A stretch of 64,000 nucleotides of DNA, taken from a virus. The stretch covers positions 5,836-69,835 of the IMG/VR virus record IMGVR_UViG_3300010970_000136; one strand, given 5' to 3'. Shown here in pieces: positions 46,251 to 57,353 of this stretch (position 1 is the first letter of the stretch; every line of letters begins with the position of its first letter). The translations under genes and the position numbers were made by a program. The notes under the pieces are model-generated. The model was given only the letters and a program-made list of their open reading frames with translations, was not told the DNA's origin and did no database searches.

Positions 46251-47762
46251 ATGAGCAAATTTTTAAGTCTTGACTGGTTCAAGAGCAAAGTGGAAACTAC
46301 AATTGAGAAAGTTGTAACAAGTAAATTAGAATCTCTTATGGAACAAGAGGTTGATGAAGCACCTAAAGAAAAGTTAGTCAAGAACATTAAATTAGTTAAT
46401 GACACTCTAACTGTAGTGTTGAATGATGGGACTGTAATAGGTAAACCTGGTGCTGATTATGATGATTACAATGCTGTGTTGAATGCCAGAAATGTAGAAA
46501 TCATTTATGCAATCATGTCTTCTTCAGAAGTTAGACAAGAGAAAGAAGAAAGACAAGCTGAATGTGAAAGAATGGAAGCTTTACAAGAAGGAATTCAGTT
46601 ACTAGATGGAATTAATGATTTTGAAATAGATGGTAATTCAGTTAGATTGAAAGGTACATCTAGAACTATGCCTCAATTGCTAGTAGAAAGATTTATTGAG
46701 ATTGTACATAGAGTGGGACAACAGTTTGCAGATGACAGAAGTTTTGAAGAAGCTCTTAATGATGATGATGAATATACAGCTCACAAAAATTTCTTTATGT
46801 GGTGTTGTTTGAACCCAAGAGCTGAAGTGGCAGATGAATTGTATAGATTCTTAACTGAGAACAGTTTCAGAATTACTAAACAAGGATTCTTTGTAGCTCT
46901 TAGAAATGTTGTAACTCTTCACGGAAGTCCAGAGCTTGTACACTTCGTAAGTAATGCTTACAATAAAGTGAAAGCTGTATGGAAAAAGAATCCTGATAAT
47001 TATACAGTGTTCTTACAACCAGATGCTACATACAAGTTAGTACATGATTCTAATTTATTCACAACAGAAACTCACACATCTACAGACTGTCAAGAATGTA
47101 ATGGTTCAGGTGGTTGGTATGATATTGATGATGAATGGGAAGATTGTGATGTATGTGATGGATCAGGAGAAGTAGAAGAGTATTCATACACTGTAGAAGT
47201 TCCTGTTAATCATGGTGAGAAGATTGGTAAATTAACTGAGTTGTATTTAGATCTTCCTAATAGAGAAGAGAATAGATTTACAGATGACTGGACCAAAACA
47301 TTTGACATCCGTATTGGTCAATTAACTAGTATGCCACAAGAAGAATGTGATTGGAGTACACAAGATTGTGCTGCTGCAGGTTTACACTTTACAGCTGATC
47401 AAATTCACTATGTTGGATGTGGTGATCAATCTGTTCTTGTACTTATCAATCCTATGAAGGTTGTAGGTATTGGACAACATAAAGGTAGATGTTTTGAATA
47501 TCTTCCAATTATGACTGTACCAAGAGAAGAAGCTACAAGAATTCTACACGATGGACAATTTGATACATTGCAACTTGATGAGCAATATGCTGTTAGTGAA
47601 CTAGAATCTTTAGCAGAAAAAGCCAAAGAGGGGTTCGCAACAGAAGCTAAGAAATATCAGTTCAACATGCCTACTATTTCATCAACAGAAATAGAACAGA
47701 TTGTATTGAGCCTTAGTGAGATGAAGGAGAAAATTAGTAGTCGTATATCTACGATTGACTAA
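46251..47762 (+). CDS. rIIB: rIIB-like protein
   Basis: LNPR..V...LYRFL....F.IT..GFFVALR, DCAAAGLH, INPMKVV, KGRCFEY; follows rIIA. Confidence 0.85.
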   Translation: MSKFLSLDWFKSKVETTIEKVVTSKLESLMEQEVDEAPKEKLVKNIKLVNDTLTVVLNDGTVIGKPGADYDDYNAVLNARNVEIIYAIMSSSEVRQEKEERQAECERMEALQEGIQLLDGINDFEIDGNSVRLKGTSRTMPQLLVERFIEIVHRVGQQFADDRSFEEALNDDDEYTAHKNFFMWCCLNPRAEVADELYRFLTENSFRITKQGFFVALRNVVTLHGSPELVHFVSNAYNKVKAVWKKNPDNYTVFLQPDATYKLVHDSNLFTTETHTSTDCQECNGSGGWYDIDDEWEDCDVCDGSGEVEEYSYTVEVPVNHGEKIGKLTELYLDLPNREENRFTDDWTKTFDIRIGQLTSMPQEECDWSTQDCAAAGLHFTADQIHYVGCGDQSVLVLINPMKVVGIGQHKGRCFEYLPIMTVPREEATRILHDGQFDTLQLDEQYAVSELESLAEKAKEGFATEAKKYQFNMPTISSTEIEQIVLSLSEMKEKISSRISTID

Positions 47763-47776
47763 GAGTTAATAATTAT

Positions 47777-48312
47777 AGTTGTGTCACAAATATTTACTTG
47801 ATTATTTAACATAAATTTAACATGCTTTTGTCGCAATTTGTCACAAAAGTATGTTATTTTTATTGTTTAAAATATATCATTATGAAAAAAGTATGTAGTA
47901 AATGTAAAGAAGAAAAACAGTTGACTGATTTTCATAAAAATAAAGTTGGTAAACATGGAGTTCATCATTACTGTAAGTCTTGTAACAGTGTTCAGAAAAA
48001 AAGTTCCTATGATTATGTCAAAAGTAGAAATAGAGGAATACTGAATAAATATAATTTAACTTTAGAAGAAGTAGAAAACTTATATATTACTCAAGACAAG
48101 AAATGTAAGATATGTAATATTGAATATTTATCAGTATCAAAACATGGTGGATTATATATTGACCACTGTCATACTACTGGAAAAGTTAGAGGTTTGTTGT
48201 GTAGCAAGTGTAACATGTTACTAGGTGCTTCTAATGATAATATTTCAATATTAAAATCAGCAATCAATTACATAGTCGATTCACAAATTTAGATTAAATT
48301 TGTGACATAACT
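47777..48312. repeat. 15-bp inverted repeat flanking the endonuclease gene
   Basis: AGTTGTGTCACAAAT (47777-47791) / ATTTGTGACATAACT (48298-48312), one G-U pair. Confidence 0.7.
47882..48292 (+). mobile_element. Endonuclease VII-family homing endonuclease
   Basis: CSKC...CKSC N-terminus; KYNLT..QDKKCKIC...IDHCHTTGKVRGLLCSKCNMLLG. Confidence 0.85.
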
Positions 48313-48326
48313 TAATTTATAAGAAT

Positions 48327-48716
48327 ATGGCAAAGAGAGTATTAGTCCCAAAGACAAGATGTAATGGAACAATGAGTGAGGCAGCCTTTTGGAGCTTCAT
48401 AAGAAGTGCTTTGAGACAAAAGAGCAGATGGTGGAAGCCTATTTCAGTATGTAAAGAGAATGCAAAACGTCCTTATAAAGGAGCAAACAAACGTCAGAAA
48501 TATGAATATCAATGTAAGAAGTGTAAGAAGTGGTATCCAGATAAACAAATCAATATAGATCACATACATCCTGCAGGTAGCTTAAATACAGCACAAGACT
48601 TACCAGGATTTGTAGAAAGACTATTTTGTGAAGTGGACAACCTTCAAGTGTTATGCACTACTTGCCACGATAAGAAAACACTGGCTGAAAAACAATCAAA
48701 AAAGAAAACAATATGA
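48327..48716 (+). CDS. HNH endonuclease
   Basis: CKKC..IDHIHPAG...NLQVLCTTCHDKKT. Confidence 0.85.
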   Translation: MAKRVLVPKTRCNGTMSEAAFWSFIRSALRQKSRWWKPISVCKENAKRPYKGANKRQKYEYQCKKCKKWYPDKQINIDHIHPAGSLNTAQDLPGFVERLFCEVDNLQVLCTTCHDKKTLAEKQSKKKTI

Positions 48717-49792
48717 GTGGAGGACATTGGGACTACTTACAGTATAGACTTACTGATGTAGTAGAAGACATAGATAGATTGGTTGAAAAGAATGGTCAAC
48801 CTAAAACTGAAGAAGAACTTAAAGAAGAAAACTGGTGCGATGATGAGTGGTATGAAAAATACCCTGATGAGAAGTTTCATCACAAGTATTCTGATGAAGT
48901 AATAAAGCAATTTAAACTTGGTTCAGCAATGGTTGCTACAGCTCAAATCTATATGCAAAGAATGGATTGGTTACTCTCAGGTGATGATGGGTCAGAATCT
49001 TTTTTACGCAGATTGAATGAAGAATTAATTGAATTAGCAGATAAATTAAACAAGAAATCAGATGATAAAGTGGATAATAAGTAGATGCACAATGGTTAAA
49101 CTTGGTCAATCCTTTTGGGATAGTGTAGAACATAAGCCTGTATACTACTGGAGAGATTGTTACTTTGATAGATACATGGCTTCTTCAAGATGGGGATTCA
49201 GAGTTAAATTAGATGGTTTATGAGTAGAACTATTAAGAAAAAGAAGACTGGAGCTAAAGCTGTAAGTCATCATTGTAGAAACAATGGAACATGTCCATGG
49301 TGTTTTAGAGATAGAATGTATAAACATTTAAAACGATTATTTAAGTATGGGACAGATAACGATTAATAAGACACCTTCATTTAATGAAGTGTGGTATGAA
49401 GGAAACATTGAACATATGGGGAAACAGCATTTCTTCTGGCTTATTCATCCACAAGGATTGGATACTAAAGGAGAGAGTTATGAACTTGAGGTGAGATGGT
49501 TCTTCAGTAACGTACCAAGAGAGGTGAGAGCATTGTATCCACAGATTATTGAAGCATTTAAACAGACATTATGAAAACTATAATTCACGTAAATCAACAT
49601 GTGATTAAGAGTAATAGAAAGAATGGTGTCAATGATCCTGTTTTAACTGTTAAGACTTATAAAGAGAATAGATATGCTCACGAAGTTGAGATAAATGGTC
49701 CTAGTAAGATAGTCTATGCTGCAGACAAACCACTAAGTTGTGGAGCACATGTTTGGATAGAAACACAATCAGAAGTAACAATTATTAAATAA
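48713..49792 (+). other. Small hypothetical genes (48713, 49062-49223, 49220-49366, 49347, 49571)
   Basis: ORF track plus two short ORFs read manually with overlapping ATGA junctions. Confidence 0.55.
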
Positions 49793-49796
49793 CATT

Positions 49797-50156
49797 ATGA
49801 CAAATAAAAACGTACAGGTTCCTTTATATCACCAATATATTCAAATTATAATATGTGATGATGTAGAAAAAGAAATAGATCAAATAAATAAGAAGTATCC
49901 TGCAAACATTAATAACCTTGATTTTTCAGGTCATGCAGAAGGAAATGATAAGTTTAATTTAATAGTTCTCAACAAGAAATATTTAACTGATGAAGCATTT
50001 GCTATAAGTACGATAGCACATGAAGCATTTCATGTTTCATCTTTTATAATGAAACGTGTAGGTATTAATCCAGATGTTAATAATGATGAAGCTCAAGCAT
50101 ATTTATTATCTTGGATAATAGAACAAGTATATACAGAATATAAAAAAAGTAAATAA
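49797..50156 (+). CDS. Small zincin-like metallopeptidase
   Basis: TIAHEAFH...DEAQAY. Confidence 0.65.
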   Translation: MTNKNVQVPLYHQYIQIIICDDVEKEIDQINKKYPANINNLDFSGHAEGNDKFNLIVLNKKYLTDEAFAISTIAHEAFHVSSFIMKRVGINPDVNNDEAQAYLLSWIIEQVYTEYKKSK

Positions 50157-51208
50157 TGATACAGGGAGTAGCAAAAACAGAAGCAGAGTACAGAGCTGTA
50201 CTAATGGACTCATCGAGTTCATTAAAAGAATTTTCACAAGACAGAAGAAAGTATTACAAGAAATATGTTCTTGGTGAGAAGGTGGAAGAAAAAGAGAATC
50301 TTGCTGCCAATATGGGTAGAATTGTAGAAACTATACTAATGGAACCAGAAACATTTGATGATAAATTCTTTATGTCATCATGTACATCTACACCAACAGG
50401 GTTAATGCTTGAATTTGTAGAAGCATTGTATCGTGTAACAAGAGATTGTACAGATGAATTTGGTGTAGTGACAAGAGTTTTTACAGATTTATTACAAGAG
50501 GCTTATACACTTTCAGGATTTAAGATTAAATACGAGGCTGTATTAAACAAATTTATTGGATCTGATGCTGAAGTTTATTACAATGAAATACGCACTGTAC
50601 GAAGCAAGAATCTAACAGTAGTGAATACAACAGAAGTATCTATTGCTGAGAAGATTGTTGAACAGTTGAAAACTAATAGTACCACAGCTCCAATTGTAAA
50701 CTTGGTAAACAGTTCTAGATACACTGTAATGGATCAGTTACAAGTGGAAGGATTTTTAATTGATGACTATCCATTTAAATCTATGCTTGATAAAGTGATA
50801 GTTGATCATGATGAAAAAGTTATCAGACCATATGATCTTAAGTGTACATGGAGTGTTGAAAACTTCTATGAAGAGTATTACTTGTACAGAAGAGCGTACA
50901 TACAAGCATACTTATACTATCATGCTATGTTAAAACTAGCAGATAATCCAGATAGTGAATACTATGGATATAGAGTGGACTATTTGAAGTTCGTTGTATG
51001 TGACTCTAGTAATTACTATGCACCACTAGTATATACCTTAGATATTGATGATATGGAAGATGCTTATCATGGATTCACACATAAAGGAAGAAACTATCCA
51101 GGAGTGGGTGAATTGATCAAAGGTCTTCATTGGGCTATCAATACAGGAGTGTGGAATATTAGTGAGAAAAACTTTGCAAGCAATGGTGTTATAAACATCA
51201 AGGGATAA
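50156..51208 (+). CDS. PD-(D/E)XK exonuclease (RecE/DUF3799-like)
   Basis: SSSSLK, MGRIVE, KSMLDKVIVD...DLK, YIQAYLY. Confidence 0.8.
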   Translation: MIQGVAKTEAEYRAVLMDSSSSLKEFSQDRRKYYKKYVLGEKVEEKENLAANMGRIVETILMEPETFDDKFFMSSCTSTPTGLMLEFVEALYRVTRDCTDEFGVVTRVFTDLLQEAYTLSGFKIKYEAVLNKFIGSDAEVYYNEIRTVRSKNLTVVNTTEVSIAEKIVEQLKTNSTTAPIVNLVNSSRYTVMDQLQVEGFLIDDYPFKSMLDKVIVDHDEKVIRPYDLKCTWSVENFYEEYYLYRRAYIQAYLYYHAMLKLADNPDSEYYGYRVDYLKFVVCDSSNYYAPLVYTLDIDDMEDAYHGFTHKGRNYPGVGELIKGLHWAINTGVWNISEKNFASNGVINIKG

Positions 51209-51211
51209 AAT

Positions 51212-53163
51212 ATGGAGATAAAGAAAACAATTACAAGTATTTTTATGGTGCCTACACTAAAGGTACCTAAAGATGCTTTAAGAGCAAATGGATTTGTGAA
51301 CGCTTATATTCGAGATGATGAAAGAGATGATCACTACGATGGATGTGTCTATTTACTGTTTAAACCAGAAAATGTAGATAAGTTCAGAGAGTTTCTTGAT
51401 TCAGAATATGAAAGGACCAAAGACATTATTGAAGATTATGATTATGAAGGAGGATTTGTAGTTGTCGTGTATAAACTAAATGATGAATATACAGATGATT
51501 TCAAGCTTGTGAAGAATGGTAAATATTCTAGAACATCAAAAGAGTTTCAATTAATGTTTCCAAAGGTGGTTAAATTAGTTAAACAAGGATTACGTAGAGA
51601 TGAAATATCTCTGCAGTATAGAATATTTAACAGAACACAAGACTTGATTGATTTCTGGGAAGAGAAATTAGGAATACGATTTGATGATGATCAAGAAGTG
51701 TGGGATGGATTTGATGAAGAAAAAGAAATACTAAACATTAAAACAATTAAAGAACATGTATAACGAAGAAATATATCAAAAGTTATCAGCAGAGTTTGGT
51801 GAAAGTAGAATGGCAACAGTTACAGATGTAATATCTATGTTGTATGATATAAAATACCAAGCAGCTAAGAATACAGATGCTCTTAATGAATTTGATTATG
51901 AGCGTGACTGGTGGATGGAAAAACATAAAGAACTAATTAATAAAATAGAAACAACATGTCAGGACTAGAATTATTAGAAAAGTATCCCTTAACTTCAAAA
52001 GTTATTAATGATTGGGTAATGAGTCAAATGTTAGAATCTTTTAAAGATGATTCTGTACCACAAGAGTTTAAAGATTATATGCTATCACAAGGAGTGGAGA
52101 ATGATAAGTTAGCAGTGATGATTGATTCACAACCTAGATTCTTATTTGATGTATTTGATTTCAACAACATCATTATTGAAACTATTGTGTTCCCAGATAA
52201 CACGTTCTCTTGTAAAATAGGTAGACAAGCTACCACTCTTTCCTGGAAGACTAGAAAAGAAGCTGAGAAGTTTGGTATAGAGGCAGCTTTTGAGTTGCTA
52301 GAAGAAGGTCTGCAAGAAGATAGAATGAACATAATAGCTCAGAATGGTAACACAGGAGAGCACTATGATGAAAATTAATTAGGAATAATCAGGGAGATGA
52401 ATTATATTTGTCTCCCTACAACATTTAAACGTATGAGAACCAATAAAGAATTTAATGATAAGTATGCTGCTTATTTAGAGAAAGACCACGCAGGCATGTC
52501 AATAGGAATACCTTCAGTGTTATCTTATGTTGACGTAGTATTCCAAGATCTTATAAAGATAGAAGGATTTAAATACCAACAAGTTAAAGCTAAGTTTGGA
52601 TTAGCTAGAGTGTACACAAATCTAGATGAACTTCTTCCTTTTGTTGGGAGAATTATTCAGCAGGAATTAGAAGAAAAGATTAACTTCATATTCAAAGTGG
52701 AGTATGAAATTGAACATAGATTAGCAAGCCTTAATTTAGATAAAGATGGAAAGAGTATACAACCAGTTTAAAGGAATAGAAATAGTTCACAAGAACTATA
52801 AAGGAATTTTGTGTGGGTATAACGATGAACATTTCATTCTTGCTGTAGAGGGTAATCCTAATTTATCATTTAGAAAGCTTCCTAGAACATCAGTGATTGA
52901 ACTAGAGCAATATAAGGATGTTAAATATAGATACATCTATGAGAACGAGAGTGAGCTAATTAAGCAAGCTAATGAACAAAAAGGGAACTCTTAGAAAAAC
53001 TTTATCTCTAAGGACTAAGTTATTGATCTATGAGTATAAAGAAAAGTTTCCACAAATGTCACCAGATGAAGTGTGTATGGCATTCTGCATAGAGGATAAA
53101 ACTGTAAAACGTTTATTCGATCAAGAATTCCTAATCATACCTTCTAAAATGAATAGAAAATGA
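51212..53163 (+). other. Hypothetical genes (51212, 51756, 51956, 52397/52433, 52746, 52972)
   Basis: ORF track; coupled starts and stops. Confidence 0.6.
52391..52417 (+). promoter_or_regulatory. -7 promoter element TATATTTG embedded in a hairpin
   Basis: AGGGAGATGAAT-TAT-ATTTGTCTCCCT. Confidence 0.55.
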
Positions 53164-53342
53164 GTAAAAAAGAGTATATATTAGGTGTAGATTACACAAT
53201 AGAAGAAGGGCGAGTTGTTTGGTCAGGCGAATATCTTGCCAAAAAAGGAACTTGTTGTGGTAACGCATGTGATAATTGCCCTTATACAAGACCATTTAAA
53301 GGAAACACCAAGTTAAGAAAAAAGTATAAAAGTATTGAATAA
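53160..53342 (+). CDS. DUF5522-like Cys-rich protein
   Basis: YLAKKGTCCGNACDNCPY. Confidence 0.7.
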   Translation: MSKKEYILGVDYTIEEGRVVWSGEYLAKKGTCCGNACDNCPYTRPFKGNTKLRKKYKSIE

Positions 53343-53374
53343 TTTCTGTTTTTTCTGTTTTTAATTGTTGGAAT

Positions 53375-53443
53375 AGCCTCTAAGAAATTAGGGGCTTTTT
53401 CGACTAAAACACTAGGAAAAACGGAGGAAATTCAGTATATTTG
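53375..53443 (+). promoter_or_regulatory. Terminator then -7 promoter upstream of recA
   Basis: AGCCTCTAA-GAAA-TTAGGGGCTTTTT; TATATTTG at 53436-53443. Confidence 0.65.
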
Positions 53444-53467
53444 AAAGACAATTAAAACAATTAAACA

Positions 53468-54523
53468 ATGGCAAAGAAAGCAGTAACAAAAGAAACTAAC
53501 AGTAAGTTTCAAGAAACAATCGACAACCTAAATAAGAAATATGGTGTTGGTTCAGTATTAGCATTAGATTCTAATTCAACAGAAAAGTATGATGTAATCA
53601 GTACAGGAAGTATTGGTTTTGATCATATTACTCTTGGTGTAGGAGGATTTGTAAAAGGTAAGTTATATGAGCTTATGGGATGGGAAGGTACAGGTAAATC
53701 TACAATTTGTGGACATGCTGCTGCAGAGTGTCAGAAAGCTGGAGGTACTGTATTGTATATCGATGGTGAGCATGCTGTTGATAAGAACTACTTCAAACAA
53801 TTAGGAGTGGATACAACTAAGATGTTGATTGCTCAACCATCATGTGGTGAAGAAGGATTTAACATTGCTATGGATATGATTAACACTGGAGAGATTGATC
53901 TTGTAATCATTGATTCAGATAGCTCACTTATCCCTAAGAAGATGTTAGATGGTGATGTAGGTGATTCTACTATTGGTAGAAAAGCTTTATTGAACAGTAA
54001 TGCATATCCAAAACTTAAAGGAGCTCTATCAAAACACAATGTATGTGTGATTGTAATCTCTCAGTATCGTGAGAAGATTGGTGTTATGTTTGGTAATCCT
54101 ACAACAACACAAGGTGGTCATGCTCTTAAGTTCTATTCAGATGTTCGTATAGAAGTGTCTAGAACCTTAGCTAAAGATGGTGATGTAAACTATGGTAATA
54201 TTACTAAGTTGAAAGCTATCAAGAATAAGATGTCTCCTCCATATAGAAAATCAGAGTTTGAGATTGTATATGGTAAAGGTATTGATATCCTTGATGAGAT
54301 GATGAGTCTTCTTAACGAGTTTGAATTAGGACGTAAGTATGGTAAGACTATGACTGTTGATGGAACTAAATATGATTTAGAAGAATTCAAACAATTAGTA
54401 GTTGATAATCCAGAGTTCTATGATGAATTGAGAGATAAGATTATTGCTAAGATTAATGAAGTAGATCTTCCTGTTGAAGAAGTGGAAGTAGAAGAAGATA
54501 ATGATACACCAGAAGAGTTATGA
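53468..54523 (+). CDS. recA: RecA recombinase
   Basis: STGS, GWEGTGKST, IDGEHA, QYREKIGVMFGNPTTTQGGHALKFYSDVR, KNK. Confidence 0.95.
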   Translation: MAKKAVTKETNSKFQETIDNLNKKYGVGSVLALDSNSTEKYDVISTGSIGFDHITLGVGGFVKGKLYELMGWEGTGKSTICGHAAAECQKAGGTVLYIDGEHAVDKNYFKQLGVDTTKMLIAQPSCGEEGFNIAMDMINTGEIDLVIIDSDSSLIPKKMLDGDVGDSTIGRKALLNSNAYPKLKGALSKHNVCVIVISQYREKIGVMFGNPTTTQGGHALKFYSDVRIEVSRTLAKDGDVNYGNITKLKAIKNKMSPPYRKSEFEIVYGKGIDILDEMMSLLNEFELGRKYGKTMTVDGTKYDLEEFKQLVVDNPEFYDELRDKIIAKINEVDLPVEEVEVEEDNDTPEEL

Positions 54524-55239
54524 TAATAGGTATTAATGGAAAGATAGGTTCTGGAAAGGACACTGTTGGAAGTATTATACAATATCTTACAGCAGAAGAC
54601 ACTGGACAATTTTGTTTAGGCAGAATAGAATCAGGCAAGTCAATAGAAGGACATCACAATAGTACATTTGAAATTAAGAAGTTTGCAGGGAAGCTAAAAA
54701 CAATGGCTTCTCTTCTTACTGGGATTCCTGTAGAGAAGTTTGAAGATCAAGAGTTCAAGAAAACATATCTAAGTGAAGAGTGGAACTCTCCTTACAATAT
54801 TCCTTTCTCTGGTCCAGACTTTGTAGAGCACGATGGAAGAATGACTGTAAGAGAACTTCTTCAGAAGCTTGGTACAGATGCTATGCGTGATAATTTACAT
54901 GAGAATGTATGGGTGAATGCTTTGTTTGCTGATTACAAAGGTATTGTAACAGAACCTGCTAAGTTTGGTGGCACTGCTATTGGAGAGTATCCTAACTGGG
55001 TCATTACAGACATGAGATTTCCTAATGAAATGGATGCTGTTTATAAAAGAGAAGGATTTACTATTAGAGTGGTAAGAGATTATGCTTTACGAGGTGGTCC
55101 TGAAGATCCTAAAAATCAACATCCATCAGAAACAGCTCTTGATGATTCACATTTTGATTATGAAATCATCAATGATGGAACAATAGAAGATCTTATAGAA
55201 AAAGTTAGAGAGATACTAATCAAAGAAGATGTAATATGA
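54520..55239 (+). CDS. Deoxynucleoside monophosphate kinase
   Basis: GKIGSGKDT, FAGKLK, RELLQKLGT, ITDMRFPNE, HPSE. Confidence 0.9.
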   Translation: MIIGINGKIGSGKDTVGSIIQYLTAEDTGQFCLGRIESGKSIEGHHNSTFEIKKFAGKLKTMASLLTGIPVEKFEDQEFKKTYLSEEWNSPYNIPFSGPDFVEHDGRMTVRELLQKLGTDAMRDNLHENVWVNALFADYKGIVTEPAKFGGTAIGEYPNWVITDMRFPNEMDAVYKREGFTIRVVRDYALRGGPEDPKNQHPSETALDDSHFDYEIINDGTIEDLIEKVREILIKEDVI

Positions 55240-55610
55240 ATCCAAGATTTGAACCAAAGCATATATTAGCAATAGATTTTGATCTAACTATATGTATGAG
55301 TGATTATCCACACCTTGGTCCCATTAGAGATGGGGCTAAGGAGGTAATTACTAAATTGTACAATGAAGGATTTGGTATTGTAATTAATACATGTAGAGAA
55401 GGACATCCTTTATCTGATGCTATGCATTGGTTAAAAGAAAATGACATTCCTTATCACTATATTAATTGTAACTTTCCACATCTAATTGAGCATTACAAAG
55501 CTGATTGTCGTAAGATATCTGCAGACATGTACATTGATGACAAAGGAGTGGAACCTCTTCCATCATGGGAAACTATTTATGAAATAATAAACAACAAATT
55601 TAATTTATGA
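55236..55610 (+). CDS. HAD-superfamily hydrolase (BT0820-like)
   Basis: AIDFDLTI, TCR, KISADMYIDDK. Confidence 0.8.
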   Translation: MNPRFEPKHILAIDFDLTICMSDYPHLGPIRDGAKEVITKLYNEGFGIVINTCREGHPLSDAMHWLKENDIPYHYINCNFPHLIEHYKADCRKISADMYIDDKGVEPLPSWETIYEIINNKFNL

Positions 55611-55912
55611 AATATCAAGAATTAGAAGCTCTTGTAATAGCTTGGGCAGCACAAAAAGGAATATTAGAAAATGGTACACCAAGAGCACAAGCTATGAAGA
55701 CTTGGGAAGAAACAGATGAATTGATTCAAGCTATTGAAAAAGACGATAGAGCAGAGGTTATTGATGCTCTGGGAGATATTCTAGTAACAATCATTATCCA
55801 AGCTGAGATGCAAGGATTAAGTCTTACAGAGTGTTTAGAAAGTGCATACAATGTGATCTCTAAACGTACAGGTAAAATGGTTGATGGACAATTTGTGAAA
55901 GATCATGAGTAG
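55607..55912 (+). CDS. MazG-like nucleotide pyrophosphohydrolase
   Basis: KTWEETDEL...DALGD...CLESAYNVISKRTGKMVDGQFVK. Confidence 0.85.
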   Translation: MKYQELEALVIAWAAQKGILENGTPRAQAMKTWEETDELIQAIEKDDRAEVIDALGDILVTIIIQAEMQGLSLTECLESAYNVISKRTGKMVDGQFVKDHE

Positions 55913-56174
55913 TTTTGATTTCCCTCAGATATGTACCAAATGTCAGGGATATGTAACTATACCTTACACTTGGAGCAGTACAGCTGTGTATATGTTGTGC
56001 AGTTGTCCAAAAGTTTCTCTATCATGGGAATGTCACAGATGTAGAAAGATTAATGCTCCATGGAAAGGAAGTTGTGATTGCACACCTTCTCAATTGAACA
56101 GTCCTGTTACATCTGGTACAGTACCGTATGCAGATGGTACAACTAATCTTACCATTACCAAAAATGAAATGTAA
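55905..56174 (+). CDS. Zn-ribbon protein
   Basis: CTKC, WECHRCRKINAPW..CDC. Confidence 0.55.
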   Translation: MSSFDFPQICTKCQGYVTIPYTWSSTAVYMLCSCPKVSLSWECHRCRKINAPWKGSCDCTPSQLNSPVTSGTVPYADGTTNLTITKNEM

Positions 56175-56559
56175 AACCTGTGGGAAGAACTCTGACAGTG
56201 AGTATTGTTTCCAACATAAACCTAGAAAACAACTACAACAACGTGGGATAAAACCATCATTAACTACCAAAAAGAAGGTTAATGATGGAAAATCCCATCA
56301 AATGAGAGAGATGTTTCTTAGCGTATGGAAAAAAAGAAAACACCATTCAGAAGTGAGTGGTGCCTATCTTGGTAGTGAGCCTATGTCTACATACTTCCAT
56401 CATATACTAGCTAAAGAAAAATATCCTGAAGCTTGTCTGGATGAGGAAAATATCATACTTTTGACCCTAGAGGAGCATTCTAACGTAGAAAATGATATGT
56501 ATAGGTATGAGGAGGTTAACAGAAGACGTGAACAATTAAAAGTTAAATACAAATTATGA
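56164..56559 (+). CDS. HNH-like nuclease
   Basis: FHHILAKEKYP...NIILLTLEEH; likely start ATG 56164. Confidence 0.6.
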   Translation: MKCKTCGKNSDSEYCFQHKPRKQLQQRGIKPSLTTKKKVNDGKSHQMREMFLSVWKKRKHHSEVSGAYLGSEPMSTYFHHILAKEKYPEACLDEENIILLTLEEHSNVENDMYRYEEVNRRREQLKVKYKL

Positions 56560-56816
56560 ACATAGAAGTGCTTAAATTTAGCGCTACCTGGTGTGGACCA
56601 TGTAGAGTGTTAGCTCAAAACTTAACAGGAGTTGAGGGAATCACAAGTATTGACATTGATAAAGATATGGAAACAGCTAGATCTTACAATGTTAGGAATG
56701 TACCATTGTTAGTCTTTAAAAAGAACGGTAAAGAAGTGCACAGACAAACTGGAGCTATTTCTAAAGATCAATATCTTGCTATTCTTACAGAGATTAATGA
56801 TGCAAAAGAAATATAA
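56556..56816 (+). CDS. Thioredoxin
   Basis: FSATWCGPC. Confidence 0.9.
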   Translation: MNIEVLKFSATWCGPCRVLAQNLTGVEGITSIDIDKDMETARSYNVRNVPLLVFKKNGKEVHRQTGAISKDQYLAILTEINDAKEI

Positions 56817-56831
56817 TTAAAAACAACCAAT

Positions 56832-57110
56832 ATGAAAAACCAATTTTTTTACACAGTGACGATGAATGAGAAGCAATATAAAGCTTCTTTGAACATCAAC
56901 AAAGTTATTCGATCATTAGCTAATGACGAAGGAGGACTTATTGTTATTCTAGATGATTTCAATGAGAGAGTGTCTAAACAACCAGACATTGATCTTAAGA
57001 CTAACAAAATGAAAGGATTCAAGACTGTACGTGAAACTGTACAATCAGAAATTGAATTGACTCCAGAGGACGCACAAAGATTTATTGAAATAACTGAATA
57101 TAAAGGATAA
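56832..57110 (+). CDS. Hypothetical protein
   Basis: 92-aa ORF. Confidence 0.6.
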   Translation: MKNQFFYTVTMNEKQYKASLNINKVIRSLANDEGGLIVILDDFNERVSKQPDIDLKTNKMKGFKTVRETVQSEIELTPEDAQRFIEITEYKG

Positions 57111-57349
57111 TGGAAGAAGAAAAAGTATTGTCTTTTGGACAAAAATTAGTAGGATTAACATTTAATCCTTCAGGAGATGAAAAAGTACAACGAGCAAAAG
57201 AGCTTTGTGCTGAATTAGCTGATTTATTATTTCAGAATACACAGCCTGAACATCCTGCATCATTAAATCAATTGTTAATAAATAAAGCAATTGGAGACAT
57301 ATTAGATGCTCAAATGAATGTAGTAAAAGTGTTAACATTTAAATATTAA
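57110..57349 (+). CDS. Acb2/Tad1-like helical-hairpin protein (candidate signal sponge)
   Basis: FGQKLVGLTFNPSGD..V..K...A.L.D...AI..I..AQM.VVK.LT. Confidence 0.55.
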   Translation: MEEEKVLSFGQKLVGLTFNPSGDEKVQRAKELCAELADLLFQNTQPEHPASLNQLLINKAIGDILDAQMNVVKVLTFKY

Positions 57350-57353
57350 AATC

